This document shows, in pieces, positions 16,907 through 27,938 of a DNA stretch of 64,000 nucleotides. Below the pieces are notes generated by a model. It saw only the letters and a program-made list of their open reading frames with translations, had not been told where the DNA came from and made no database searches. Source of the stretch: Hylemonella sp. Lineage in GTDB: Bacteria; Pseudomonadota; Gammaproteobacteria; Burkholderiales; Burkholderiaceae_C. The stretch's first letter is position 1. Every line of letters begins with the position of its first letter. A program made the translations under genes and the position numbers. Location: the NCBI GenBank assembly GCA_036846225.1, contig DAIUCJ010000005.1:24745-88744 (forward strand), given 5' to 3'.

Positions 16907-19012
16907 CTATTTGGCCCAGCCGTCCTTCAGGCCGGTGATGCGGTTGAACACCAGCCGGCCAGGGCGGTGGTCCACCCGGTCGGCGACGAAGTAGCCGTGC
17001 CGCTCGAACTGGAATTTCTCGTCGGCGTCGGCCTGCGCCAGTGAGGGCTCGACCCAGGCCTGCACGGTCTGCAGGCTGTGCGGGTTGAGGCTGGCCAGAA
17101 AGTCCTTGCCGCCGGCGTCGGGCTGCGGGTCTGTGAAGAGCCGGTCATACAGGCGCACTTCGGCGGCCACGCCGTCGCTGGCGCCCACCCAGGTGATGAC
17201 GCCCTTGACCTTGATGCGGTCGGCTCCGGGCGTGCCGCTCTTGGTGTCGGGGATCAGCTCGGCGTGCACTTCGGTGATGCGCCCGCTGGCGTCCTTCAGG
17301 GCCCCCTTGCACTCGATGACGTAGCCGTATTTGAGCCGGACCTTGTTGCCGGGAAAGAGGCGGAAGAAGCCTTTGGGCGGGGTGTCCTCGTAGTCGCTGC
17401 GCTCGATCCACACCTCGCGGCCCAGCTGCATGGTGCGCTGGCCCCATTCGGGGCGGTGCGGATGCACCGGGGCCGTGCAGGCTTCGGTATGGCCGGCGCC
17501 CATCAGGGCGTCCCAGTTGGTCAGCACCAGCTTGACCGGATCGAGCACAGCCATCGCACGCGCGGCCTTGGGGTCGAGGTCGTCGCGCAGCGCCGCTTCC
17601 AGCGCGCCGTAGTCGATCCAGGCGTAGTCCTTGGTCACGCCGATGCGTTCGGCAAAGAGCTGGATGCTCTCGGGTGTGTAGCCGCGGCGGCGCAGCCCGA
17701 CGATGGTGGGCATGCGCGGGTCGTCCCAGCCGCTGACATGTCTTTCGCTGACCAGCTGCGCCAGCTTGCGCTTGCTGGTGATCACGTAGGTGAGGTTCAG
17801 GCGCGCGAACTCATGCTGGTGCGGCAGCAGGAAGATGTTGGGGTGGTGCTGGTCCAGCGCGCGCGCCAGCAGCGGGGTGAACTGGGCCGTTTCGCTGCGC
17901 AGCAGGGCGAAGAAGGCCGGCAGATCGTGCAGCACGGCGTCGCGGTCGTGCTCCCATTTGGCAAAGAGCGCGCGCATGCGCCCCTCGGCTTCGCTGGCAT
18001 AGAGCTGGTCGGCGTGGTTGAAGCAGTGCAGCGCGAATTCCTTCTGCGCTTCCAGGCCCTGGGCCTCGATCGTGTCGATCAGGCGCCGGGCCTGCTCGAA
18101 CTGCGGCGCGCGCAGGATCGGCACGATGCGCGCCAGCACCCAGTCGTAAAAAGGCCGCTGGTCCTCGAACTCCAGCGTGCAGATGCTGTGCGTGATGTTT
18201 TCCAGCGCGTCCTCGATCGGGTGGGCGTAGGTGTACATCGGGTAGATGCACCAGGCCCTGCCGGTGTTGTGGTGCTCGGCGTGCTTGATGCGGTAGAGGG
18301 CCGGGTCGCGCAGGTTGATGTTGGGACTGGCCATGCTGATCTTGGCGCGCAGCACGGCCGCGCCGTCGGGCAGCCGGCCGGCGCGCATCTCGCGAAAGCG
18401 CGCCAGGTTCTCCGCCGGGGTGCGGTTGCGGTAGGGGCTGTCCTTGCCTGGCGTGGTGAAGTCGCCGCGGTTGGCCCGCATTTCCTCCGGCGTCTGCTCG
18501 TCCACATAGGCGTGGCCGGTCTCGATCAGGTACTCGGCCGCGCGGTACATGAAGTCGAAATAGTCGCTGGCGTAATAGAGGTGGCTGTCGCCGTGCGCGT
18601 CCCAGGAAAAGCCCAACCACTTGACGGCGTCCAGGATGGAGTCCACGTACTCCTGCTCCTCCTTCTCCGGGTTGGTGTCGTCAAAGCGCATGTGGCAGAC
18701 GCCGCCATAGTCGCGCGCCAGCCCGAAGTTCAGGCAGATGCTCTTGGCGTGGCCCACGTGCAGATAGCCGTTGGGCTCGGGCGGGAAGCGGGTGCGGATC
18801 CTGGCCGGGTCGGCGACGGCGCCGGGGGCCTGGGCATGTTCGGTGGCGGTGCCGGGCTTGTGGCCCCAGATGCGGCCGCGGTAGGTGCCGGCGGCCAGGT
18901 CGTGCTCGATGATCTGGCGCAGAAAGTTGCTGCTGCGGGCCGCTTCCTTGCGGCTGTCGGGCGCTGCGGAAGCGCCGGCTGGTGCAGAGGCGGAATGCGT
19001 GGGCGTGCTCAT
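16907..19012 (-). CDS. glnS: Glutamine--tRNA ligase (GlnRS) with a ~100-aa internal insertion
   Basis: HIGH region FPPEPNGYLHVGHAK, THSICTLEF, the KMSKS-type loop VITSKRKL, and WDDPRMPTIVGLRRRGYTP. It aligns by eye with E. coli GlnRS except for extra segments. Confidence 0.9.
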   Translation of the reverse strand: MSTPTHSASAPAGASAAPDSRKEAARSSNFLRQIIEHDLAAGTYRGRIWGHKPGTATEHAQAPGAVADPARIRTRFPPEPNGYLHVGHAKSICLNFGLARDYGGVCHMRFDDTNPEKEEQEYVDSILDAVKWLGFSWDAHGDSHLYYASDYFDFMYRAAEYLIETGHAYVDEQTPEEMRANRGDFTTPGKDSPYRNRTPAENLARFREMRAGRLPDGAAVLRAKISMASPNINLRDPALYRIKHAEHHNTGRAWCIYPMYTYAHPIEDALENITHSICTLEFEDQRPFYDWVLARIVPILRAPQFEQARRLIDTIEAQGLEAQKEFALHCFNHADQLYASEAEGRMRALFAKWEHDRDAVLHDLPAFFALLRSETAQFTPLLARALDQHHPNIFLLPHQHEFARLNLTYVITSKRKLAQLVSERHVSGWDDPRMPTIVGLRRRGYTPESIQLFAERIGVTKDYAWIDYGALEAALRDDLDPKAARAMAVLDPVKLVLTNWDALMGAGHTEACTAPVHPHRPEWGQRTMQLGREVWIERSDYEDTPPKGFFRLFPGNKVRLKYGYVIECKGALKDASGRITEVHAELIPDTKSGTPGADRIKVKGVITWVGASDGVAAEVRLYDRLFTDPQPDAGGKDFLASLNPHSLQTVQAWVEPSLAQADADEKFQFERHGYFVADRVDHRPGRLVFNRITGLKDGWAK

Positions 19013-19263
19013 GGACCGATTTTAGACGTCGGTCCCGCAGGGACAGGCCGGGTTTCATCCGGCCCGCGCCGGCAGCCTGGCATGGCGGCGGAAGCCGGAT
19101 CGGCCCGCTCCGTGTTCGCCGCCCGGGCTTACCCAGCCGCCGGGCTTACCTTTTGTAACCTGCTGCCGCGCCGCGCTGTCGGTTGCTTCGGGCGCTGCCG
19201 CGTTGCAGGAGCAGGGCTGCAGGGGTGCCATGCGGGCACCGGCCCTGTTATAGGAGCAAGGTC

Positions 19264-19641
19264 ATGAAGAATTCGCGCCGTTTCCTCTCCGCTGCCGCGC
19301 GGCTGTCGGCAGCCGGCCTGCTGGGGGCAGCCACGCTGGCGCATGCGGACGGCGGGCGCTACGACAGCGCCGAGGTGTACTGGTCCATCGCCATGGCGCA
19401 GCCGGGGCTGCGGGTGGCCGTGACGAACGCCCCGATGGCACCGGTCTGGGTGGGGTATGGCCCTGTCCATTACCACATCCACAGGCCGGCGCCGGTGATC
19501 GTGCCGCCGCCGCAGGTGGTGGTGCTGCCGCCCCCGCCTCCGCCGGGCTGGCATCATGGGCATGGCCATCACAAGCATCGGCACGGGTATCCTGCCGTGG
19601 GCTATGGCCCCGGCCCGTGGCATCCGCACCCGGGCCGCTGA
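19264..19641 (+). CDS. Small secreted Pro/His-rich protein (possible periplasmic metal-binding protein)
   Basis: 125 aa. Signal-peptide-like N-terminus MKNSRRFLSAAARLSAAGLLGAATLAHA, a proline run LPPPPPPGW and a His cluster HHGHGHHKHRHG. A ggag sits upstream of the ATG at 19264. Confidence 0.5.
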   Translation: MKNSRRFLSAAARLSAAGLLGAATLAHADGGRYDSAEVYWSIAMAQPGLRVAVTNAPMAPVWVGYGPVHYHIHRPAPVIVPPPQVVVLPPPPPPGWHHGHGHHKHRHGYPAVGYGPGPWHPHPGR

Positions 19642-19727
19642 GCGGCTGCAGGGCCCGGCCCGGGCCTTTACACGGGCATTACATGGCGCTCACGGGGCGC
19701 CATTTTTTCGTTCCTACAATCCCCCGC

Positions 19728-21317
19728 ATGAAGAAAAACGTCCTGATCGGGGCGGCCGCAGCCGCCGTGGCGCTGGCTGTCGGCGCAGGGGCCTGGTGGT
19801 GGCTGCGCAGCGATGACGCGGCCGTGCAGTACCGCACCGGCAAGATCGAGCGGGGGAACCTGCAGGCGGCGGTGTCGGCCAGCGGGGCGGTGAGCCCGGT
19901 CACGCAGGTCACCGTGGGCACGCAGGTGTCGGGCCAGGTCAAGGAGATCTACGTCGATTTCAACTCCGAGGTCCGGGCCGGGCAGCTGATCGCGCTGATC
20001 GATCCGGAGCAGTTCGAATACCGCGTGCGCTCGGCCCAGGCCGACGTGGATGCGGCCCGGGCCGTGGTGCTGACCGCTCAGGCCAATGTGGTGGCCGCGC
20101 GCGCGCAGCTGTCGCGGGCGCAGACCGATCTGGCCGAGGCGCGGCGCACCCACGAGCGCAACCTGATGCTGGTGAGCAAGCAGTTCATCGCGCAGAGCGA
20201 GGCCGACAAGTCCCAGGCGCTGGTCAACACCAGCCTGGAGGCCGTCAAGGCCGCCGAGGCCCAGCTGGGCGTGGCCGAGGCCCAGGTGCGCAGCGCCGAG
20301 GCCAACGTCAAGCAGCGCGAAGCCGCGCTGGCGCAGGCCCGGGTGGACCTGGCGCGCACGCGCATCACCTCGCCGGTGGGCGGCATCGTGATCAAACGCT
20401 CGATCGAGAAGGGCCAGACCGTGGCGGCCAGCCTGCAGGCGCCGGAGCTGTTCGTGATCGCGCAGAACCTGCGCGACATGCAGGTCGAAGCCAGTATCGA
20501 CGAGGCCGACGTTGGCCGCATTCGCGCCGGGCAGAAGGCCACCTTCACGGTCGATGCCTTTCCGGGCCAGACGTTCGAGGGGCAGATCGCGCAGGTGCGC
20601 AAGGCCGCGGTCAACGTGTCCAACGTCGTGACCTATGTGGCGGTGGTGACCTTCTCCAACCCCGACGGGCGGCTGCTGCCGGGCATGACGGCCAATGTGC
20701 GCGTGGTCACCGATACGCGGGAGAACGTGCTCAAGGTGCCCAACGCCGCGCTGCGCGTGCGCTTGGCCGGCGTGGAGCCGGCGGCCGCCCCTGCGTCGGC
20801 GGCTTCGGCGCCACCGGCCGCGCCGGCTGCCGGCGGGGCCCAGTCGGAACTGCGCAACCGCCTGGTGCGCGAGCTGCAGCTCGACGCCGCCCAGACCGAG
20901 AAGGTGGACGCCATTTTTGCTGCGGCGCGGCCGCGCTTCATGCAGCTGCGCGAGCTGCCCGAGGCCGAGCGCGCCCGCGCGCGCGAACGCATCACCGCCG
21001 ACGTGCGCGCGCGCATCGCCGAGGTGCTCAACGACGAGCAGAAGAAGCGCTACGCCGCGCTGCAGGCCGAGCTGGCCGGGCGCAGCATCACCCGCGGGCG
21101 CATCTACCTGCTCGATGCCCAGGGCCGGCCCAAGGCCCTGAGCGTGCGGCTGGGCATCACCGACGGCACGCACACCGAGCTCGTCATCGCCCCGGGCAGC
21201 CCCGAGGCGGCCGAGCTGCAGGAAGGCACGGTGGTGGTCACCGGCGTCAGCAGTGCATCCACCTCGCCGGCCGGCGCGCGCAGCAGCACGGCCGTGGGGC
21301 CGCGCCTGATGTTCTGA
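19728..21317 (+). CDS. macA: Efflux periplasmic adaptor (HlyD/MacA family) with an extra Ala/Pro linker and helical insertion
   Basis: N-terminal TM segment, then YRTGKIERGNLQAAVSASGAVSPV..VGTQVSGQV..IYVDFNS.V..GQ.IA.ID, a coiled-coil region and a beta-barrel/MP region. It is followed by MacB-type ABC genes. Confidence 0.8.
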   Translation: MKKNVLIGAAAAAVALAVGAGAWWWLRSDDAAVQYRTGKIERGNLQAAVSASGAVSPVTQVTVGTQVSGQVKEIYVDFNSEVRAGQLIALIDPEQFEYRVRSAQADVDAARAVVLTAQANVVAARAQLSRAQTDLAEARRTHERNLMLVSKQFIAQSEADKSQALVNTSLEAVKAAEAQLGVAEAQVRSAEANVKQREAALAQARVDLARTRITSPVGGIVIKRSIEKGQTVAASLQAPELFVIAQNLRDMQVEASIDEADVGRIRAGQKATFTVDAFPGQTFEGQIAQVRKAAVNVSNVVTYVAVVTFSNPDGRLLPGMTANVRVVTDTRENVLKVPNAALRVRLAGVEPAAAPASAASAPPAAPAAGGAQSELRNRLVRELQLDAAQTEKVDAIFAAARPRFMQLRELPEAERARARERITADVRARIAEVLNDEQKKRYAALQAELAGRSITRGRIYLLDAQGRPKALSVRLGITDGTHTELVIAPGSPEAAELQEGTVVVTGVSSASTSPAGARSSTAVGPRLMF

Positions 21318-21330
21318 AAGGCCGGCGACG

Positions 21331-22094
21331 GTGGCCCTGATCGAAGCGCGCGAGCTGGTCAAGACCTACACCATGGGGCACACCACGGTGCAGGCGCTGC
21401 GCGGCGTGTCGCTGGACGTGGAAGAAGGCGAGTTCGTCGCCATCATGGGGGCATCGGGCTCCGGCAAATCGACGCTGATGAACATCCTGGGCTGCCTGGA
21501 CAGCCCGAGCGGCGGCACCTACCACCTGGCCGGGGAGGCGGTGGAGCGCATGAGCGCGGACGAGCTGGCCTCGGTGCGCAACCGGCGCATCGGCTTCGTG
21601 TTCCAGCAGTTCAACCTGCTGCCGCGCACCAGCGCGCTGGAGAACGTGGAGCTGCCGCTGGTCTATGCCGGCGTGCGCTCGGCCGAGCGGCGCGCCCGCG
21701 CGCAGGCGGCGCTGCAGGCCGTGGGGCTGGGCGAGCGGGCGCTGCACACGCCCAGCGAGCTCTCGGGCGGGCAGCAGCAGCGCGTGGCCATTGCGCGCGC
21801 GCTGGTCAACCATCCGCAGCTGATCCTGGCCGACGAGCCCACGGGCGCGCTGGATACGCAGACCAGCGAGGACATCATGCGCATCCTGGCCGGGCTCAAC
21901 GCCCAGGGCATGACGGTGGTGCTGGTCACACACGAGGCCGACATCGCGGCCTGGGCGCGGCGCAAGCTGGTGTTTCGCGACGGGCGCATCATCGAGGACC
22001 TGCGCCAGCCGGGACGCCTGGTTGGCCCCGGCATCGCCCCTGCAGCGTCCGCTGCGGATGCGGCGCAGCCCGCACAGGCCGTGGAGCCGCAGCC

Positions 22095-22098
<4 letters not shown>
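21331..22098 (+). CDS. ABC transporter ATP-binding protein (MacB/LolD family)
   Basis: Walker A GASGSGKST, Q-loop FQQFNLL, signature LSGGQQQRVAIARAL and Walker B ILADEPTGALD. GTG start at 21331. Confidence 0.9.
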
Positions 22099-23324
<1,226 letters not shown>

Positions 23325-23367
23325 ATGGACGTGGCGGCGATAATCCGCCCTTTCGTGCGGAGTCTGC

Positions 23368-24201
23368 GTGGATACTGCGTTGCTGATCAAGGCCGCCCTG
23401 ATGGGCATCGTCGAGGGCCTGACCGAATTCCTGCCCATTTCCAGCACCGGCCACCTGATCCTGGCCGGTACGCTGCTGGGCTTTCATGACGAGAAGGCCA
23501 AGGTCTTCGACATCGCGATCCAGACCGGCGCCATCCTGGCGGTGATCTGGGTGTACTGGCACAGGCTGCGTGCCACCGCGGTGGCCTTGCCGACGAGCCG
23601 GCAGGCGCAGCGGTTTGCCGTCAACGTCCTGATTGCCTTTGTGCCGGCCGTGCTGCTGGGGCTGCTGCTGGGCAAGGCGATCAAGGCGCATCTGTTCACC
23701 GCCGAAGTGGTGGCCACGGCCTTCATCGTGGGGGGCTTGATCATTCTGTGGGCCGAGCGGCGGCAGGCGGATCCGCAGACGGCGCCGCGCATACACGACG
23801 TGGACCAGATGGGCTGGCGCGATGCGCTCAAGGTCGGGCTGGTGCAGTGTCTGGCGATGATTCCGGGCACCAGCCGCAGCGGCGCCACCATCATCGGCGG
23901 CATGCTGCTGGGCCTGTCGCGCCGGGCGGCGACTGACTTTTCCTTTTACCTGGCCATTCCCACGCTGATCGGCGCCGGCGCTTACAGCCTGTACAAGGAG
24001 CGCGCGCTGCTGTCGCTGGCCGATCTGCCGCTTTTTGCCGTGGGGCTGCTGTTCTCGTTCGTGAGCGCCTGGCTGTGCGTGCGCTGGCTGCTGCGCTTCA
24101 TCGCCACGCACAGCTTCAACGGCTTTGCCTGGTACCGCATCGCCTTCGGGCTGGTGGTGCTGGGCACGGGCTACAGCGGGCTGGTGAACTGGTCGGCCTG
24201 A
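23368..24201 (+). CDS. uppP: Undecaprenyl-diphosphate phosphatase
   Basis: BacA/UppP signatures [16 protein letters not shown] and [10 protein letters not shown]; polytopic membrane protein of 277 aa. GTG start. Confidence 0.9.
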   Translation: MDTALLIKAALMGIVEGLTEFLPISSTGHLILAGTLLGFHDEKAKVFDIAIQTGAILAVIWVYWHRLRATAVALPTSRQAQRFAVNVLIAFVPAVLLGLLLGKAIKAHLFTAEVVATAFIVGGLIILWAERRQADPQTAPRIHDVDQMGWRDALKVGLVQCLAMIPGTSRSGATIIGGMLLGLSRRAATDFSFYLAIPTLIGAGAYSLYKERALLSLADLPLFAVGLLFSFVSAWLCVRWLLRFIATHSFNGFAWYRIAFGLVVLGTGYSGLVNWSA

Positions 24202-24251
24202 ATGGACAACCCGCTCGGCCCTGTGCGACTGCCGTTTCGAGGCTGAGCGGA

Positions 24252-24280
24252 GCCGGCCCGGTTCAGGCCGGGTGTTTCTG
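24252..24280 (+). terminator. Possible intrinsic terminator after uppP
   Basis: Stem ccggcc (24253-24258) / ggccgg (24266-24271) with a 7-nt loop, followed by gtgtttctg. It overlaps the 3' end of the convergent hydrolase gene. Confidence 0.3.
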
Positions 24281-25102
24281 CAGCCAGACGTGGTGCAGGT
24301 TGCGCAGCGCCGCCTCGATGGCCGCAGCCGTGGCGATGGGCTGCTCCATCGGGAAGAGGTGGGAGCCGTCCAGCATCATGATGCGGCCTTTGGTGACCTT
24401 CTCGGTCAGGGCCATGCCGACCTGCTTCATCTCTACCGAGTGCCGCCCGCCGATGAAGGCCGCCGGGCATTTGAGCGGGTGGCGCTTGAGCAGCCGCTCC
24501 AGATTGTCCGGCAGGGTGTTGTAGATGGCGGTCTCGATCTCGGGGCGAAAGCGCAGCACGCGCTTGCCGTCTTCCTCTAGCGTGCCGTGCTCCACATAGT
24601 CGCGCAGCACCTGCGGGTCCCAGTGGGCGAAGGCTTTTTTGTGGCGGAAGTGCGCGATGGCCGTCTCCACGTCGGGCCAGCTGCTGCGCCGCGCCTTGCT
24701 GATGGCGCCGGGCGAGATGGCGCCGATGATCTGGGTGCGCTTGGCCAGCCCCACGCTGGTGGCGCGCCAGCCGCCCAGGATGGGCGAGTCGATCAGCAGC
24801 ACGCCGCAGGCCAGATCGGGCCGGCGCGCAGCCGCCATCAGGCTCAGGAAGCCGCCAAGCGAATGGCCGACCAGAAAGGCCGGCTCTGCTGCGGCTCCGA
24901 GCTGTGCTGAGGCGAAGTCGATCAGCTGCTGCGCCAGGTGCGGCCAGTTGTTGGTGACCGGGTAGCGCGGGTCGTGGCCGTACTGCTCCACCGCCTCGAC
25001 GCGCAGGCCGCGGCGGCGCAGCTCGGCGAACAGCACCCGGTAGGTGCCGGCGGGAAAGCTGTTGGCGTGGGAAAAGATGATCGGGGGCAGCGGGGTGCTC
25101 AT
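24263..25102 (-). CDS. Alpha/beta-fold hydrolase
   Basis: Nucleophile elbow GHSLGG, 279 aa. The start overlaps the mutS stop on the minus strand (ATGA). Confidence 0.75.
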   Translation of the reverse strand: MSTPLPPIIFSHANSFPAGTYRVLFAELRRRGLRVEAVEQYGHDPRYPVTNNWPHLAQQLIDFASAQLGAAAEPAFLVGHSLGGFLSLMAAARRPDLACGVLLIDSPILGGWRATSVGLAKRTQIIGAISPGAISKARRSSWPDVETAIAHFRHKKAFAHWDPQVLRDYVEHGTLEEDGKRVLRFRPEIETAIYNTLPDNLERLLKRHPLKCPAAFIGGRHSVEMKQVGMALTEKVTKGRIMMLDGSHLFPMEQPIATAAAIEAALRNLHHVWLQKHPA

Positions 25103-27699
25103 GGGGTCTTGACCAGCTTTTTCAGGGCGTACAGCGCGTCCAGCGCGTCGCGCGGGCTCAGGGCGTCGGGGTCGATTTCGGCCAGCCGGGCCTCCACCGC
25201 GCTGGGCAGGGGCGGCTCGGCTGCCGCAGGGGCGGCGAACAGGTCCACCTGGGCCTGGGTCTGGCTGGCCGAGGCTTCGAGCGCGGCCAGCACGTGGCGG
25301 GCGTGGTGCAGCACCGCCGCCGGCATGCCGGCCAGGCGCGCGACCTGGATGCCGTAGCTGCGGCTGGCCGGCCCGGGCTGGATTTCGTGCAGAAAGACGA
25401 TGTCGTGCCCCGACTCGGCGGCGCTGACGTGCACATTGACCGCGTGGTGGTGGCGGGCGGGGAACTCGGTCAGCTCGAAGTAGTGCGTGGCAAACAGCGT
25501 GAAGGCCTGGGTTTTGTCGTGCAGCTGGGTGGCGATGGCGCTGGCCAGCGCCAGCCCGTCGAAGGTGGAGGTGCCGCGGCCGATTTCGTCCATCAGCACC
25601 AGCGAGTGCGGCGTGGCCGTGTGCAGGATCTGCGCGGCCTCGGTCATCTCCAGCATGAAGGTGGACTGGGCGTTGGCCAGGTCGTCGGCGGCGCCGATGC
25701 GGGTGTGGATGGCGTCGATCGGCCCGAGCCGGCAGCTTGCGGCCGGCACGTAGCTGCCCATCGAGGCCAGCAGCACGATCAGCGCGACCTGGCGCATGTA
25801 GGTCGATTTACCGCCCATATTGGGGCCGGTGATGATCTGCATGCGCGTCTTGACGTTCAGGCGCGTGTCGTTGGCGATGAAGGGCCCGGCGTTCGTTTCG
25901 GCCAGCCGTGCCTGCACCACCGGGTGCCGTCCGGCGCTGATGTCGATGCAGGGCTCGGCGCAGAAGGTGGGGGCGCACCATTGCAGCGTGAGCGAGCGCT
26001 CGGTGAGCGCGCACAGCGCATCCAGCGCCGCCAGCGCGCGGGCGTTGCGCGCCAGCGCCGGCGTGTGGGCGTCCAGCTGCTCCAGCAGCTGCTCGTACAG
26101 CCATTTCTCGCGCGCCAGCGCCCGCTCCTGGGCCGACAGGGCCTTGTCCTCGAAGGCCTTGAGCTCGGGGGTGATGAAGCGCTCGGCGTTTTTCAGCGTC
26201 TGGCGGCGGCGGTAGTCCTCGGGCACGCGGTCCAGGTTGCTGCTGGTGACTTCGATGTAGAAGCCGTGCACCTTGTTGTACTGCACGCGCAGGTTGGCGA
26301 TGCCGGTGCGCGCGCGCTCGCGGGTTTCCAGCTCCAGCAGGAAGCCGTCGCAGTTGTTCTGGATGGCGCGCAGCTCGTCCAGCTCGGCGTCATACCCGTC
26401 GTTGATCACGCCGCCGTCGCGCACCAGCGCCGCCGGCTCCGGCAGCAGCGCGCGCGCCAGCAGCGCGGCGCAGTCCGGCGGCGGCAGCAGGTCCGTGGCG
26501 ATCTGGGTCAAAAGGCCGTCTTGCCGAGGAATGACGGGAACAATGCGCTCTATTTTTTGTAGCGTCTGGGTCAGCGCGACCAGCTCGCGCGGGCGCGCCT
26601 GGCGCAGCGCGATGCGCGCGGTGATGCGCTCGACGTCGCTGCAGCCCTTGAGCTGCTCGCGCAGCGTCTGCCAGGGTCCCTCGCGCAGCGCGCCTATGGC
26701 CTGCAGCCGCGCCTGCGCGATCGCGCGGTCACGTGGCGGCTCCAGCAGCCAGGTCTTGAGCAGGCGGCTGCCCATGCCGGTCATGCAGGTGTCCAGCAGC
26801 GAAAAGAGCGTCGGGCTGTCTTCGCCGCGCAGGGTCTGCACCAGCTCCAGGTTGCGCCGCGTCGTCTGCGGCAGGGCGATGAGCTGGTCGTTGCGCTGCA
26901 CCCGCAGCTGGCGCACATGGCCGAGCGCGCGGCCCTGGGTGTGCTCGGCGTAGGCCAGCAGGGCCGCTGCGGCCGCATGGGCCTGGGGCAGCGCGTCGGC
27001 CCCCCAGGCCGCCAGGCTGGCGGCCTGCAGCAGCTTGAGCAGTTGGCTGTGGCCCAGCGCGCTGTCGAACTGCCATTCGGGGCGCGGCGTCAGCGCCACG
27101 CCGCTGGCCTGGCGCAGTGCCTGCAGGCGCTGCTCGAAGGCCGGGCTGCTGCCGGCGCTGTAGAGCAGCTCGCCCGGCGCGATGCGCGCCACCCATTCGG
27201 GTAGCTCCTCCGGCGCGCACTGCGCCAGCTGGATTTCGCCCTGGGTCAGCGCCAGCCAGGCCAGCCCCAGCGCATGGCGCGGCCCTTGGTGCACGGCCAG
27301 CAGCACCGATTCGGATTTGTCATGCAGCAGCGCGGCGTCGGTCAGCGTGCCGGGGGTGACCACGCGCACCACCTTGCGCTCCACCGGGCCCTTGGCTGCG
27401 CCGACTTCGCCGACCTGCTCGCAGATGGCCACCGACTCGCCCAGCTTGATGAGCCGCGCCAGATAGGTTTCGACCGAATGGAACGGCACGCCGGCCATCA
27501 CGATGGGCCGGCCGGCCGACTGGCCACGGGTGGTCAGCGTCAGGTCCAGCAGGCGGGCGGCTTTTTCGGCGTCGTCGTAAAACAGCTCGTAGAAATCCCC
27601 CATGCGGTAGAACAGCAGGGTGTGCGGATACCCGGCTTTGAGCGCCAGGTACTGCTGCATCATCGGGGTGTGTTGGGCGTAATCGGCCGGCAGTGACAT
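25099..27699 (-). CDS. mutS: DNA mismatch repair protein MutS
   Basis: N-terminus [29 protein letters not shown], Walker [16 protein letters not shown], and [17 protein letters not shown]. Start chosen at the ATG at 27699 (MSLPADY...). The ORF-track extension to 28077 is Arg/Ala-rich and unlikely to be coding. Confidence 0.92.
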   Translation of the reverse strand: MSLPADYAQHTPMMQQYLALKAGYPHTLLFYRMGDFYELFYDDAEKAARLLDLTLTTRGQSAGRPIVMAGVPFHSVETYLARLIKLGESVAICEQVGEVGAAKGPVERKVVRVVTPGTLTDAALLHDKSESVLLAVHQGPRHALGLAWLALTQGEIQLAQCAPEELPEWVARIAPGELLYSAGSSPAFEQRLQALRQASGVALTPRPEWQFDSALGHSQLLKLLQAASLAAWGADALPQAHAAAAALLAYAEHTQGRALGHVRQLRVQRNDQLIALPQTTRRNLELVQTLRGEDSPTLFSLLDTCMTGMGSRLLKTWLLEPPRDRAIAQARLQAIGALREGPWQTLREQLKGCSDVERITARIALRQARPRELVALTQTLQKIERIVPVIPRQDGLLTQIATDLLPPPDCAALLARALLPEPAALVRDGGVINDGYDAELDELRAIQNNCDGFLLELETRERARTGIANLRVQYNKVHGFYIEVTSSNLDRVPEDYRRRQTLKNAERFITPELKAFEDKALSAQERALAREKWLYEQLLEQLDAHTPALARNARALAALDALCALTERSLTLQWCAPTFCAEPCIDISAGRHPVVQARLAETNAGPFIANDTRLNVKTRMQIITGPNMGGKSTYMRQVALIVLLASMGSYVPAASCRLGPIDAIHTRIGAADDLANAQSTFMLEMTEAAQILHTATPHSLVLMDEIGRGTSTFDGLALASAIATQLHDKTQAFTLFATHYFELTEFPARHHHAVNVHVSAAESGHDIVFLHEIQPGPASRSYGIQVARLAGMPAAVLHHARHVLAALEASASQTQAQVDLFAAPAAAEPPLPSAVEARLAEIDPDALSPRDALDALYALKKLVKTP

Positions 27700-27938
27700 C
27701 CGCGCGAGTCTAAGGCAACGTAGGGGCAGCCCGTGCGGCTCGCGGCGGGGGAAATCCGGCAGGCCGTGGCCGTTTGTTCGGCCCCCGGGCTGCGGCATGT
27801 GGACTTTTGAACGTTTGCGCACAGTGCGGGCTTGACAGGCGCGAGGGGCCGATGGGGAGTCGGCTAATATCGCCGCACCCGACAGCAGGGCGCGGCCGTG
27901 CGGCACATGCACTGCCGGCGCCACCGGTCGGCTCCGAC

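Noticed and set aside
17078-19267. 729-aa plus-strand ORF overlapping glnS
   Set aside because: It is antisense to an unambiguous GlnRS. Its sequence is low-complexity (GAVR-rich) and runs into the intergenic region.
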